Assembly: GCA_026707815.1 (NCBI GenBank) | Contig: JAPOWB010000008.1 | Location: 62,230 to 126,229 of the forward strand | Direction of reading: 5' to 3' | Length of the DNA stretch: 64,000 nt | From: Candidatus Saccharimonadota bacterium | GTDB taxonomy: Bacteria > Patescibacteriota > Saccharimonadia > Saccharimonadales > VXPC01 | Shown here: positions 1 to 8,975 of the stretch, one piece after another | Position numbering within the stretch: position 1 is the stretch's first letter | Layout of the letters: each line of letters opens with the position of its first letter | Notes under the pieces: model-generated | Database searches by the model: none | Seen by the model: only the letters and a program-made list of their open reading frames with translations | Told to the model about the DNA's origin: nothing | Made by a program: the position numbers and the translations under genes

Positions 1-272
1 TAGAGGAGATTAATTTGATGGTTAGAATTATGTAAATATAGATAAGTTTGAGCCAGTATAGTGGTTTTGCCCACGCCTCTGAGTCCTGGTATGACAATCC
101 ATCTGTTTTTTGTCTTATTTTTTAGAAAATTATCAACATGTGATTCAATCTGTTGTTGTAGCAATCTTTGAGGCAATAAAGTATCACCGCTACCGATTAT
201 ATCTTGAAGTAGTTGAGGAGTAACATTAATTTGTCTTCTCAGATAGTTGAGTATAATAGTTTCCTGATCCAT
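1..272 (-). CDS. AAA_14/DUF4143-family ATPase paralog, N-terminal part; C-terminus lies beyond the window start
   Basis: The minus-strand ORF starts with ATG at 272 and continues off the window edge. Translation is MDQETIILNYL...WIVIPGLRGVGKTTILAQTY (Walker A), the same N-terminal architecture as the ORFs at 3287-4711, 11107-12555 and 39539-41071. Confidence 0.6.
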   Translation of the reverse strand, partial: MDQETIILNYLRRQINVTPQLLQDIIGSGDTLLPQRLLQQQIESHVDNFLKNKTKNRWIVIPGLRGVGKTTILAQTYLYLHNSNHQINLL

Positions 273-480
273 ATCTTTCTTTGGTTAAGGGCATTATACC
301 AATAAGTGGGTATATTAGTCAATTATACTTTACCAATGAATAAGATTAAAAATCTATTATTGGAATTTTGATTCGATCCAAGCATTTGATAGCCCAGCTT
401 CTTTTCTATATCTCGCTCCGCCTGTAGATTTATAGAGTTATAGAGTTATAGATTAGTATGATGCTTATTCAGTGCATATG

Positions 481-507
481 AAACCCCCCCCCTAATGAAA
501 GGGGGTT
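481..507 (-). terminator. Rho-independent terminator downstream of pilin cassette 1
   Basis: Read on the minus strand there is a CCCCC/GGGGG(G4) hairpin followed by a T-run, immediately 3' of the pilin stop at 525. A homologous module follows pilin cassette 4 at 6600-6624. Confidence 0.55.
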
Positions 508-524
508 ATTAGGGTTAGAAGGGG

Positions 525-1210
525 TTAGTTGATATCGTCAACACAATAAGTAACTGAATCTCCTTCAAGCATATAAAAGATGGCTAGACTACTGCTGATA
601 CCAGATGGAGCAATGTCAGTAGCTTTAACCTCCTTAGAAGTTGCTGCTCTTTGGGGAGATGCTGTGCTACTACATTTCGAACCAGTTATGATAAGCAGTT
701 GGTCTGCTTCATTAAAGCCGGTCCAAGTACCTGCTGTAGTAACAGAGGTTTCACCGCCATGGGGGCTTGTAGTTTCGCAATTACTTTGGGAAGTGCTAGC
801 CACTGTATTCACAGTACCACTGCCAACTACTCGACCTTTGCAACCATTTCCACCAACAAATTTAACTATTCCATTTGTTTTAAAATTAGTTCCCTGCATG
901 TATAGAATTTGAGCTGGTTTTATCGAGTGTTGAGCATTTAGTGAAGAAGTGAGCTTTTCTAATCCAGCCGCTCCCACATGATTAACTTCATTAGGATTAT
1001 ATTGAATGGTAGTAGGTACTCGACCTCCAGCATTAGCTAAAGATTGGTCGTACTGAGTTCTAATAAAAGCTCTATCATTATTTCTGCCACTATTCCTCTG
1101 ATTTCTATTCAATGCCGGAACAGCTACAAAAACCACCGCCAAGATCAAGCCAGCAATGGCGAGGACAATCATGACCTCGACGATGGTGAAGCCTGATATC
1201 TTGGGGTTAT
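525..1210 (-). CDS. Type IV pilin-like protein, cassette 1. It has no start codon in its present orientation; its 5' end is the left inverted repeat
   Basis: It encodes ...HNPKIS|GFTIVEVMIVLAIAGLILAVVF..., i.e. a class-III prepilin cleavage site (G|F, Glu at +5) and a hydrophobic helix. The C-terminus carries cysteines and the motif LEGDxxxYCxD. The upstream in-frame sequence runs to a TAA with no ATG/GTG/TTG; the ORF track starts at an internal Met (1172). Confidence 0.8.
1132..1210. repeat. Left arm of a 79-bp perfect inverted repeat, within the pilin N-terminal coding sequence
   Basis: The reverse complement of 1132-1210 is identical to 1953-2031 (ATAACCCCAAGATATCAGGCTTCACCATCGTCGAGGTCATGATTGTCCTCGCCATTGCTGGCTTGATCTTGGCGGTGGT). 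An imperfect extension to about 1088 has 5 mismatches in 44. Confidence 0.9.
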
Positions 1211-1952
1211 GGGAGGCAAGATATTCTAGAATATCTAAATTATTAATGTATAATGCTAAAAATTGAATTTAACCCTTGGCAGTGAATATATTATTAATTC
1301 AATAAATTCTTATTGATTTTAGTATTATATAAATGCATCTAGCATCTGTAGAGATGAAAGTGTAGCAATACATTGAATAAAATTTATATGCAGATATAGA
1401 AAGTATCTGAAAGGCAAAATGTATAAGTCATTATTCAAGCTATCTAAAAACAATTTTGACGATGTTCAAGCTTAATGCAATCAAGAGTATTTAGTCTGAC
1501 TGCAATAATTCACACGACGACCCCACCCCAGCATCTTATAGCAGAATAATACATTTTGATTATGGCGAGGGAGGGTAAATATTTAAAATGGACAATTAAG
1601 ATTAAAGCTATGAAATATTTAAATATCAAACCCCTTAATTGAATAATTAGATTGCTAGATTAATACAATTTTATCTCTATGTAGTCTAAGTTTTACAGGT
1701 TTCAAATTTTACTTTATAGAGATAGATCCTTTATATAGTTAGTACTGGCTTTATCATGGGAAGTTTCATCTATTGTATTTTTAACTAATATACACCTATT
1801 GACTTATAAGAGCATTTAGATAGACTGGAGGATAACGATATTAAAAAATAAATATAAGAGAAATAGGGGAGTTTATATTATGAATATATCTAAGATATTA
1901 AGGAGTATTTCTTCTTTCATTAATAAGAAGAATACTAATAAAACCAAACTTG
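1211..1952. promoter_or_regulatory. Putative invertible promoter/RBS/leader segment between the inverted repeats
   Basis: This 742-bp AT-rich segment has no ORF of 60 aa or more. It contains the RBS GGGGAG and the ATG (1880) plus 26 leader codons that feed the plus-strand pilin. Inversion would fuse the same leader in frame to cassette 1. Confidence 0.5.
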
Positions 1953-2509
1953 ATAACCCCAAGATATCAGGCTTCACCATCGTCGAGGTCATGATTGTCC
2001 TCGCCATTGCTGGCTTGATCTTGGCGGTGGTCTTTATTGCTGTTCCGGCATTGCAAAGAAATCAGAGGAATAGTGCGAGACGGAATGATGTGGCATATGT
2101 TAAGGCTCAACTTAATCAGTTGGTTGCCAATCGGGGCAACAGAATTCCAGCAGCTAACGAAAATACCCAAATTGCTGGGATTTTGCAAGATGATGAATTG
2201 AATTATTTGGGATCTGCAGATAACACAGGTCGTCCAACTGTTACTCCAAAAGCTCATGGTGATGCTATAGCTATTGGTGATGCTCAAACAATACTGTGGT
2301 ATGCTGCTGAGCCTACTGGGACTACAGCGCTGAATGTCGGAACAGACATTTTGGTTTTAGTGCGTGGAGAAAGTTGTGGGGGTAACAATATTTTGAGCAA
2401 TGCAAATACTGCTAACATTGCGGGTTTAGTTGAAGCCAACAGAAATATAGCCATCATCTATACATTGGAAGAAGATACCAATGTTTACTGCGAAGATACC
2501 ACTCTCTAG
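1880..2509 (+). CDS. Type IV pilin-like protein, cassette 2; the currently expressed orientation, with a 31-aa leader
   Basis: MNISKILRSISSFINKKNTNKTKLDNPKIS|GFTIVEVMIVLAIAGLILAVVFIAVPALQRNQRNS. It has an RBS upstream and a C-terminal ...VYCEDTTL. Confidence 0.85.
   Translation: MNISKILRSISSFINKKNTNKTKLDNPKISGFTIVEVMIVLAIAGLILAVVFIAVPALQRNQRNSARRNDVAYVKAQLNQLVANRGNRIPAANENTQIAGILQDDELNYLGSADNTGRPTVTPKAHGDAIAIGDAQTILWYAAEPTGTTALNVGTDILVLVRGESCGGNNILSNANTANIAGLVEANRNIAIIYTLEEDTNVYCEDTTL
1953..2031. repeat. Right arm of the 79-bp perfect inverted repeat
   Basis: Identical to the reverse complement of 1132-1210; it encodes NPKISGFTIVEVMIVLAIAGLILAVV. Confidence 0.9.
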
Positions 2510-2533
2510 CAACGCCTAACAGAAAGTTAAGAA

Positions 2534-3253
2534 TTGACTGCTATGAAAAAAATAAATTCAAAAGGCTTCACCATCGTCGAGGTCATGATTGTCCTCGCCA
2601 TCGCTGGCTTGATCTTGGCGGTGGTTTTTGTAGCTGTGCCTGCACTGCAAAGGAATCAGAGAAATAGTGCGAGACGGAATGATGTGGCTTATCTGAAGAC
2701 TGCCTTTACTACAACTGTTAGTAATTTGGGCAACCAGATTCCCTCTGCTTCGCAGTTTGGAAGTGCTTTAAAATCTGATGAAATGAATTATATCAGTAGT
2801 ATTACCACCAATCTTGTAAGCACAGTTGCTTTACCGAGTGCGGCTGCAATAAACGCTCAGAATATATGTGAAGCGGCTGGATTGTTTTACAATGCCCATG
2901 CACCTCCCAATGCTAATAAATGCAGCAGTGCTGATGGTGGTAATGCATTTGCCCAAGCTTCAGCTACTCAAGTTTGCGCTGGTCTGAATGGCAATTTAGC
3001 TGGAACAAACTGCTCGAATATAGAGGTGCTTTATTATATGCCGTCTACAACTGCTTCAGTACAAAGAACACTGGCAGATACTGGTAATTCAGCAATGATT
3101 GTCACAAAAGCCCAGTGCGGTGGATTAGTTCACTCATTAACTATAGATACAGATACTGGATCTAGTAATGTGAATCTTCCCGCCTATGCTCAACAATCAG
3201 CTATATTCTTTAGATTAGAGGGAGATGATAACGTTTATTGCGAGAACATCTAA
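2534..3253 (+). CDS. Type IV pilin-like protein, cassette 3; it has its own short leader and ATG
   Basis: MTAMKKINSK|GFTIVEVMIVLAIAGLILAVVFVAVPALQRNQRNSARRNDVAYL. The N-terminal 120 nt are about 90% identical to cassette 2, and the C-terminal motif is EGDDNVYCENI. Confidence 0.85.
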   Translation: MTAMKKINSKGFTIVEVMIVLAIAGLILAVVFVAVPALQRNQRNSARRNDVAYLKTAFTTTVSNLGNQIPSASQFGSALKSDEMNYISSITTNLVSTVALPSAAAINAQNICEAAGLFYNAHAPPNANKCSSADGGNAFAQASATQVCAGLNGNLAGTNCSNIEVLYYMPSTTASVQRTLADTGNSAMIVTKAQCGGLVHSLTIDTDTGSSNVNLPAYAQQSAIFFRLEGDDNVYCENI

Positions 3254-3286
3254 TCTCAATCAGCTGCATAGCTCCCATTGATTTAT

Positions 3287-4711
3287 TTAGATTAAAAGAA
3301 AATACTTCAAGGGTATGAATAAACAGTTATTGTCTATTTGCAGGGGCGTATTGGAAAAAGTGATTGCCCAGTTGCAATCAGTATTCTGTAAAGTATATTC
3401 CATTTGTGAGCCACCTTTCTGCCCTAATCCAAATTCGACAGCCAATTTATGACCATTATTAACCTGTAGAATAAAATCTGTCTGTCTGTCTTTGCCATAA
3501 GTTAAATTACCTTCATAAATAGATATGAAGTGCTTGTAAAAATGTAGCCCGGCAATATCTTCCAGCAACAATCCTTGGCGCATGCTCTTAGTCCGCTCAC
3601 TGGCAATACCATGGTAAAAATTTCTAATAACTGGAGACATAAATAAATACTTAGCTGGATTACGATTATTCACGACTGTGTTCCCTTGAGAAGATATCTT
3701 GATTAATAGTTCTGTTTGATTTAAGGCATCAAGGAAACTGAATATTTGATTGCGACTGCAAGCCAAAATTCGGCTTAGCTTTTCAACGCTGATAATATCA
3801 TTGCTATCTGCTAGGATCGACATCAAGTTATTGATGGCTGTCAAGGAACTAGCTTCAAATTGTTTAATCTTTCTTAAATCGGTATTGATAACTTTATCAA
3901 GCATAGCTTTAATATTATGATTCATACGAACAATATTATTTTGACTATAATTAAGAGGTAAAGTCCCGCTTTCTAAATAAGTTGTCAAATGATTCAATGA
4001 ATATTTAATCCAAGCTGTCTGCATCGTTGAATCTAGCTTTTTCAACCGATTATAAGAATCTTTTGGATTTTGGGCATAATAAATGGCTTGAAATATTTTT
4101 TGTCCTAAATCAGCATCAATAGGCTGGTTATGATAGATGTTTTGGAATTCAACGAAGCTTAAAGGATATAATTTCTCTATGTAAGCTCTTCGACCGGCAA
4201 TATCGGCATCCATTTGCAGATGAACAGCTGATGAGCCTGTGCAGAAGAAAAATATATGAGAGGTATTATCATAAAAAGTCTTCAAAGTTCTTGCCCATTT
4301 GGGATCAATTTGGACTTCATCTATGAATATGAAAGTTGGAATTTTTAGAGCTTCCAAATCTTCACCTAAAATTTTTTCATAGGCCTTTAAAACTTCATAC
4401 AGATTAGAATTTAAATTATTTACCACTTCTTCCAAAGAAAAGTGCAGGAGATTAATTTTGGCTTGGCTATTAGCTAACTTTAAATAAATCTGAGCCATTA
4501 AAGTGCTTTTTCCTACACCCCTCAAACCGGGCATAACCAACCATTTAACTGAATTGCTGACAGATTTCAAAAATTGGTTAATATGTTGTTCAACTGTGAC
4601 AACAGCTTTTCTTTCGGGCAGAGGTTTATTATTGAAGTCCACTGTTCGCAGAGATAGTAAATCATAAGCTCGATTTAGTCGCCTCTGTAAATAATCTATA
4701 ATATCTATCAT
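3287..4711 (-). CDS. AAA_14/DUF4143-family ATPase (P-loop ATPase with a predicted nuclease-like C-terminal domain)
   Basis: It has a Walker A (PGLRGVGKSTL) and a Walker B (FIFIDEVQ). The stretch TGSSAVHLQMDADIAGRRAYIEKLYPLSFVEF matches the AAA_14 consensus. It is one of five paralogs in the window. Confidence 0.7.
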   Translation of the reverse strand: MIDIIDYLQRRLNRAYDLLSLRTVDFNNKPLPERKAVVTVEQHINQFLKSVSNSVKWLVMPGLRGVGKSTLMAQIYLKLANSQAKINLLHFSLEEVVNNLNSNLYEVLKAYEKILGEDLEALKIPTFIFIDEVQIDPKWARTLKTFYDNTSHIFFFCTGSSAVHLQMDADIAGRRAYIEKLYPLSFVEFQNIYHNQPIDADLGQKIFQAIYYAQNPKDSYNRLKKLDSTMQTAWIKYSLNHLTTYLESGTLPLNYSQNNIVRMNHNIKAMLDKVINTDLRKIKQFEASSLTAINNLMSILADSNDIISVEKLSRILACSRNQIFSFLDALNQTELLIKISSQGNTVVNNRNPAKYLFMSPVIRNFYHGIASERTKSMRQGLLLEDIAGLHFYKHFISIYEGNLTYGKDRQTDFILQVNNGHKLAVEFGLGQKGGSQMEYTLQNTDCNWAITFSNTPLQIDNNCLFIPLKYFLLI

Positions 4712-4851
4712 CTTTGTTAATTTGTTAGAATATTTAATAAATCTAATTTCATACTATATTAGCTCATTCAATTTATCTAGTCAATCAATCCCTATCCAAT
4801 AGAGGAGTATCTTGTAAAATCTCGAATTTCTCGATTATTAATATCCAAATG

Positions 4852-4873
4852 CTAGGATTTAATTTAATCCTAG
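4852..4873. promoter_or_regulatory. Inverted repeat CTAGGATT-N6-AATCCTAG in the divergent intergenic region
   Basis: It has perfect 8-bp arms and sits between the divergently transcribed ATPase (minus) and dprA-like (plus) genes, so it is a candidate operator. Confidence 0.3.
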
Positions 4874-4904
4874 ACATATATTTTTATGTTAATATTTTAA
4901 TAGG

Positions 4905-5807
4905 ATGAATCATAAGCAGAGTTTTGCCATAAATCCACTAGAAGAGGCAATTGCTTACGAAGCTTATATTGCTCTTGAGAAAGATCGCTCTGAACAAAAA
5001 TTAGAACAGCAATTTCAGCTACATAATACTGATAACGAGTTAATTCAAATCCAGGCTAATCAACCTACCATCAGTCAGTTTCTAGATGAGCTACATATTA
5101 GTAGTGATTATCATAAACTAAAACAAGTGATTGCTAAAGAATTAAAGAAAGGAACTGGCTTCTCCATTTGCACCTTTATGAGTTATCACTATCCTCAAAA
5201 GTTGAGAGACAATAAATATCCTTTAAAGTTATTCTACTATCGGGGAGATATAAATCTATTAGATACAAGATGTGTTTCTATTGTTGGCAGCAGACAAGCT
5301 AGCGAAGCTGGTTTGAAAGACACTCAGCAAATCGCTCAATATTTAATAGAAAAGAACTATACGATTATTTCGGGTCTAGCCCAAGGCATAGATACAGTTG
5401 CTTTAACAACTGCTATAAAAACTCATGGGAGAATTATTGGTGTTATTGGCACTCCAATAGATCAATATTACCCCAAAGATAATAAAGATTTACAGGATGA
5501 AATTGGCAGACGACATTTACTCTTAAGCCATGTGCCTTTTTATAAGTATGATAAAGAGCCATTTTCGGCGAGGAGAAATTACTTTCCTCAGAGGAATATT
5601 ATTATGGCTAGCATTAGCCAAGCTACTATTATAGTCGAAGCATCAAATACTAGCGGGACTCTCCATCAAGCTAAAGCAGCCTTAGATCAAGGTCGGCAAT
5701 TATTTATTTTGGATAGATGTTTTAAAACCGCTACTTGGCCAGCTAGATTTGAAAGACAAGGAGCTATTAAAATAAATAATATTGATGACATCAAGGAAAA
5801 TTTCTGA
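4905..5807 (+). CDS. dprA: DprA/Smf-like DNA-processing (Rossmann-fold) protein
   Basis: It has the IVGSRQASEAG...ISGLAQGIDTVALTTAI...IGVIGTPID motifs typical of the DprA/Smf family. Confidence 0.6.
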   Translation: MNHKQSFAINPLEEAIAYEAYIALEKDRSEQKLEQQFQLHNTDNELIQIQANQPTISQFLDELHISSDYHKLKQVIAKELKKGTGFSICTFMSYHYPQKLRDNKYPLKLFYYRGDINLLDTRCVSIVGSRQASEAGLKDTQQIAQYLIEKNYTIISGLAQGIDTVALTTAIKTHGRIIGVIGTPIDQYYPKDNKDLQDEIGRRHLLLSHVPFYKYDKEPFSARRNYFPQRNIIMASISQATIIVEASNTSGTLHQAKAALDQGRQLFILDRCFKTATWPARFERQGAIKINNIDDIKENF

Positions 5808-5981
5808 TTATAAATGGCATCTGATTACAGATAAAGATAATATTAAACACATAACAGATACTGACTGCTTTGGAAAAATGAAGCATCAAATTCCTATGAT
5901 TGGTTTATTTTGGTCAAAAACCGTCCAAATGGAATAATTTACAATTCTTTTTGGGATTAATATATGTTTTGCCAAAAATAA

Positions 5982-6581
5982 GACCATAACCCCAAGATAT
6001 CAGGTTTCACCATTGTCGAGGTCATGATTGTCCTCGCTATTGCTGGGTTAATCTTGGCGGTGGTCTTTATTGCAGTGCCTGCACTAAACAGAAATCAGCG
6101 TAATAGTGCTAGAACAGCAGATAGAAACAATATCAGACAAGCTGTCCTGCAAGTTCAAGCTAATACTGGTGGACGAACAGCCGCCGACCACACCGTAGTT
6201 GGTGGGGCGTTAACAGGACTAGAAGTTGCTCACGTTGGAGATGGGAATGGTTCATATAACAACTCAATCGAAGTAGCTAATGTGAAAGCCTTCACAGTGG
6301 CAGCTCCGCAAATTGATGATGGTGAAATAGAATATATCAGGAGAACCTCTACTGTTACCACGCATACCACCACTGGTACTCCCGGTGATTTCCATTATAA
6401 TGGCTTAGTAATCATTGGGGATGCAAGATGTGCCAAAGATATAATTTCATCTGATGGAAAATTTCCCACTGCTGGTGCTAATATTGGTGGTGGTATTCAG
6501 GGAGCTGCCAATAGAGGCGATATAGTTGTTCTCTATAGGATAGAAGGTGATAATAATATTTATTGTGACGATAATGTCTAA
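5982..6581 (+). CDS. Type IV pilin-like protein, cassette 4. It is a complete pilin body with no start codon, so it is a putative silent cassette
   Basis: The frame opens right after a TAA: DHNPKIS|GFTIVEVMIVLAIAGLILAVVFIAVPALNRNQRNS. Homology to the other cassettes begins exactly at ATAACCCC (5986). There is no ATG/GTG/TTG or RBS upstream. The C-terminus is ...EGDNNIYCDDNV. Confidence 0.75.
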   Translation, partial: DHNPKISGFTIVEVMIVLAIAGLILAVVFIAVPALNRNQRNSARTADRNNIRQAVLQVQANTGGRTAADHTVVGGALTGLEVAHVGDGNGSYNNSIEVANVKAFTVAAPQIDDGEIEYIRRTSTVTTHTTTGTPGDFHYNGLVIIGDARCAKDIISSDGKFPTAGANIGGGIQGAANRGDIVVLYRIEGDNNIYCDDNV

Positions 6582-6599
6582 CCCCCCTCTAGCCCTAAT

Positions 6600-6624
6600 A
6601 ACCCCCTTTAATTAGGGGGTTTTG
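6600..6624 (+). terminator. Rho-independent terminator after cassette 4
   Basis: AACCCCCTTTAATTAGGGGGTTTTG. The 3' flank TAACCCC..CTCTA.CCCTAATAACCCCCTTT.ATTAGGGGG is shared with cassette 1. Confidence 0.6.
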
Positions 6625-6931
6625 TTTAAAAGAAATTATCATGTACCAAAATAAAATAGAAGAAATACACATCAAAAACATTATAGGAAACGTGCAAGTT
6701 GATCCAATTTCACAAGTAATTCTAACCAACCAATTCAACTTAGGCAGAAAGCTGGATCAATTGAGTAAAATGCTTGAACAAAAACTCAGCTAAACTCATT
6801 TTTGGAACTATTAAAATTATCTGTTTTATGGTATAATTATAGATATGAAAGAAGTTTATTTGTTGGTTTGCAAATTTTTAATGAAGTATTATAATTTAAT
6901 AAAGAGTACAATGGCGGGTGGGTGATTTAAA

Positions 6932-7435
6932 ATGCAAAAAGAACTTAAATCTCCCTATCAAGCTATGGATATAGCGGATTGGTTTATCGATCGAGCCAAT
7001 AAGGATTTGACAAATAACAATCCTAAATCAACCGAAAAAGAATATGCTGAATATATTAGCCATTTAAAATTGCAAAAATTACTTTATTTTACTCAAGCAG
7101 CTCACTTAGCTCTTTATGAAAGAGCATTGTTTAAAGACAAAATAGAGGCGTGGGATTATGGTCCTGTTATCCCCAGCGTATATCAACACTTCAAATCTCA
7201 GAGAAGTCGATTCATTAGAAATCCAAAAAGCCTCCAATATAAGAAAATTGATAAAGATGCCCAAGAGTTTTTAGAACAAATATGGCAAATATTTGGCAAA
7301 TTTTCAGCAAGTAAATTAGTGAATTTAACCCACAGTCATGAGCCTTGGAAATCTGCTTGTAAAAAAACAAACAGGATAATCACTCAGGATGCCTTAAAAG
7401 CTTACTACAAGAACATTTTTAGTTTCAAAGACTAA
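6932..7435 (+). CDS. Panacea-domain (DUF4065, SocA-like) protein, a putative antitoxin
   Basis: ADWFIDRA...KLQKLLYFTQAAHLALYERALFKDKIEAWDYGPVIPSVY matches the Panacea consensus (KLqKLLY...AW.yGPV.p.vY). Confidence 0.65.
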   Translation: MQKELKSPYQAMDIADWFIDRANKDLTNNNPKSTEKEYAEYISHLKLQKLLYFTQAAHLALYERALFKDKIEAWDYGPVIPSVYQHFKSQRSRFIRNPKSLQYKKIDKDAQEFLEQIWQIFGKFSASKLVNLTHSHEPWKSACKKTNRIITQDALKAYYKNIFSFKD

Positions 7436-7436
7436 T

Positions 7437-7595
7437 GCCTAAGAAAAAATCAAGACGGATCGGAGTTGATTCGAAGCAAATAGATGAGGGTTATCAATCA
7501 GAGCGAATAGATGCAGGAGAACAAGACTATTTATCCCGCCAAGTAAGGTTTAGCTTGGCTTATGCTGCTAGAAGCACTAGATACGGTATCTAGAA
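7437..7595 (+). CDS. Small basic ORF (52 aa) translationally coupled to the Panacea gene
   Basis: Its ATG overlaps the Panacea stop (tAATGcc). It encodes MPKKKSRRIGVDSKQIDEGYQSERIDAGEQDYLSRQVRFSLAYAARSTRYGI. It is not in the ORF track because it is shorter than 60 aa. Confidence 0.25.
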
Positions 7596-8975
7596 AGTAT
7601 CTAGGGGCTTTTGGAAACATTTGTGTTCTAGGTTGGGGCATTTTGAAAGAATGACTAATCAGAAAATCCAAAGTATTCCCCACCAAAATGGCTTGAGTAT
7701 TGAGGGAAAAAGTAATCCCACCCATACAAAATTGCAAAATGAATTTACTGAATTCAGCACTTTTGGACATTTTAGAGTTAGCAATAAAAGCAGTAAGCCC
7801 TCTAGGATTTTTGTGGGAATACAGGATGGATTACTCTATTTACTGCTTTTCGATGAAGCTGGTGAAGTGCATCACAAATAATTGGATGGTGTATAATGCT
7901 CCCCAATGAATCAAGCAAATAATCTTGAGCAAAAACTACAGCTCATAAATGACAATCTAACGGAAATTAAGTTCTTGTTACAAAGAATAGCTGTAGCTAC
8001 TGCCGTTGATATGCATATTAATGGAGTTGAGATGGGATATATGAAAGCGGGAGCTAGAAAACAGCAGTCTGAGATTGCCATTTTAGATATTTTGGATACA
8101 CTAAAACAATGCAACTGTCAGAAAAAGAAAGAGAGTTAATAGGAAAACTAGAGAAAATCGAAGCAGACATCCGAGCATTTATCAAGGATGCAGTCAAAAC
8201 GCATGATGCGATATTACCGTCAGAAGTTCATATGAAGTGAGGTCTTGTTAAGGGGCTGACATCCGACGATAAAGTTCTTCGATATCAAATAGATATTGGG
8301 TTGCAGTATATCGATCATTCGCTCAAAATGATAATTTTAGATCAATCTGATCGGCGAAATTTTCACAATAGGCCACCCTCCGTAAGTTGAGGTAATTTAT
8401 AATTGAAGGACATGACAGTCCTCTCATGTTTTATATTTTTTTGGAGGGGTTGCTCCAATCTTTTTCTGAATCTGTCTCCCAGTAAATTCCAATTCTCCAA
8501 GTCGATTTCATATGAAAATCTTGTTGCAGTGGCATCTGCAATTTTGAGTATTGCGCAGATCCATCCCTTAGCACCGCTATTAGCATAGAGGAATTAAAAT
8601 GACTCGAAGCATGCGAAAAAATTCTAAATAGTAATATATTGAACGCCAACCAAGCAGAAAAATTTAAAGAAGTTCTAAGAGAGCGAATGACTCTCAATAA
8701 AATATTGAATAAGGAATCAATTGAGATTAAACAGCTGATACAGAAACAATATGATGATTTAGTGAGGGCAACTAAATAACTCCTATTGATTTAAGGGGCC
8801 TTGTTTTAAAAGTGCAAGTTTGCACCTTTTTTGATGGAGAGAATAGAAACACATATTGCTATATTTATTCTCTTTCTTGTCAAGGGGTCAATAAGATTCA
8901 TTATTTTATATCTGCCAATCGCTGGATTTGAAGTATAATTTGTCATTCAAGCCATGAATAGATATAATTCATAGT

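Noticed and set aside
7531-8697. Small overlapping ORFs on both strands (7531-8139, 8403-8697)
   Set aside because: They overlap each other, have no RBS or motif support, and are probably non-coding or too uncertain to call.
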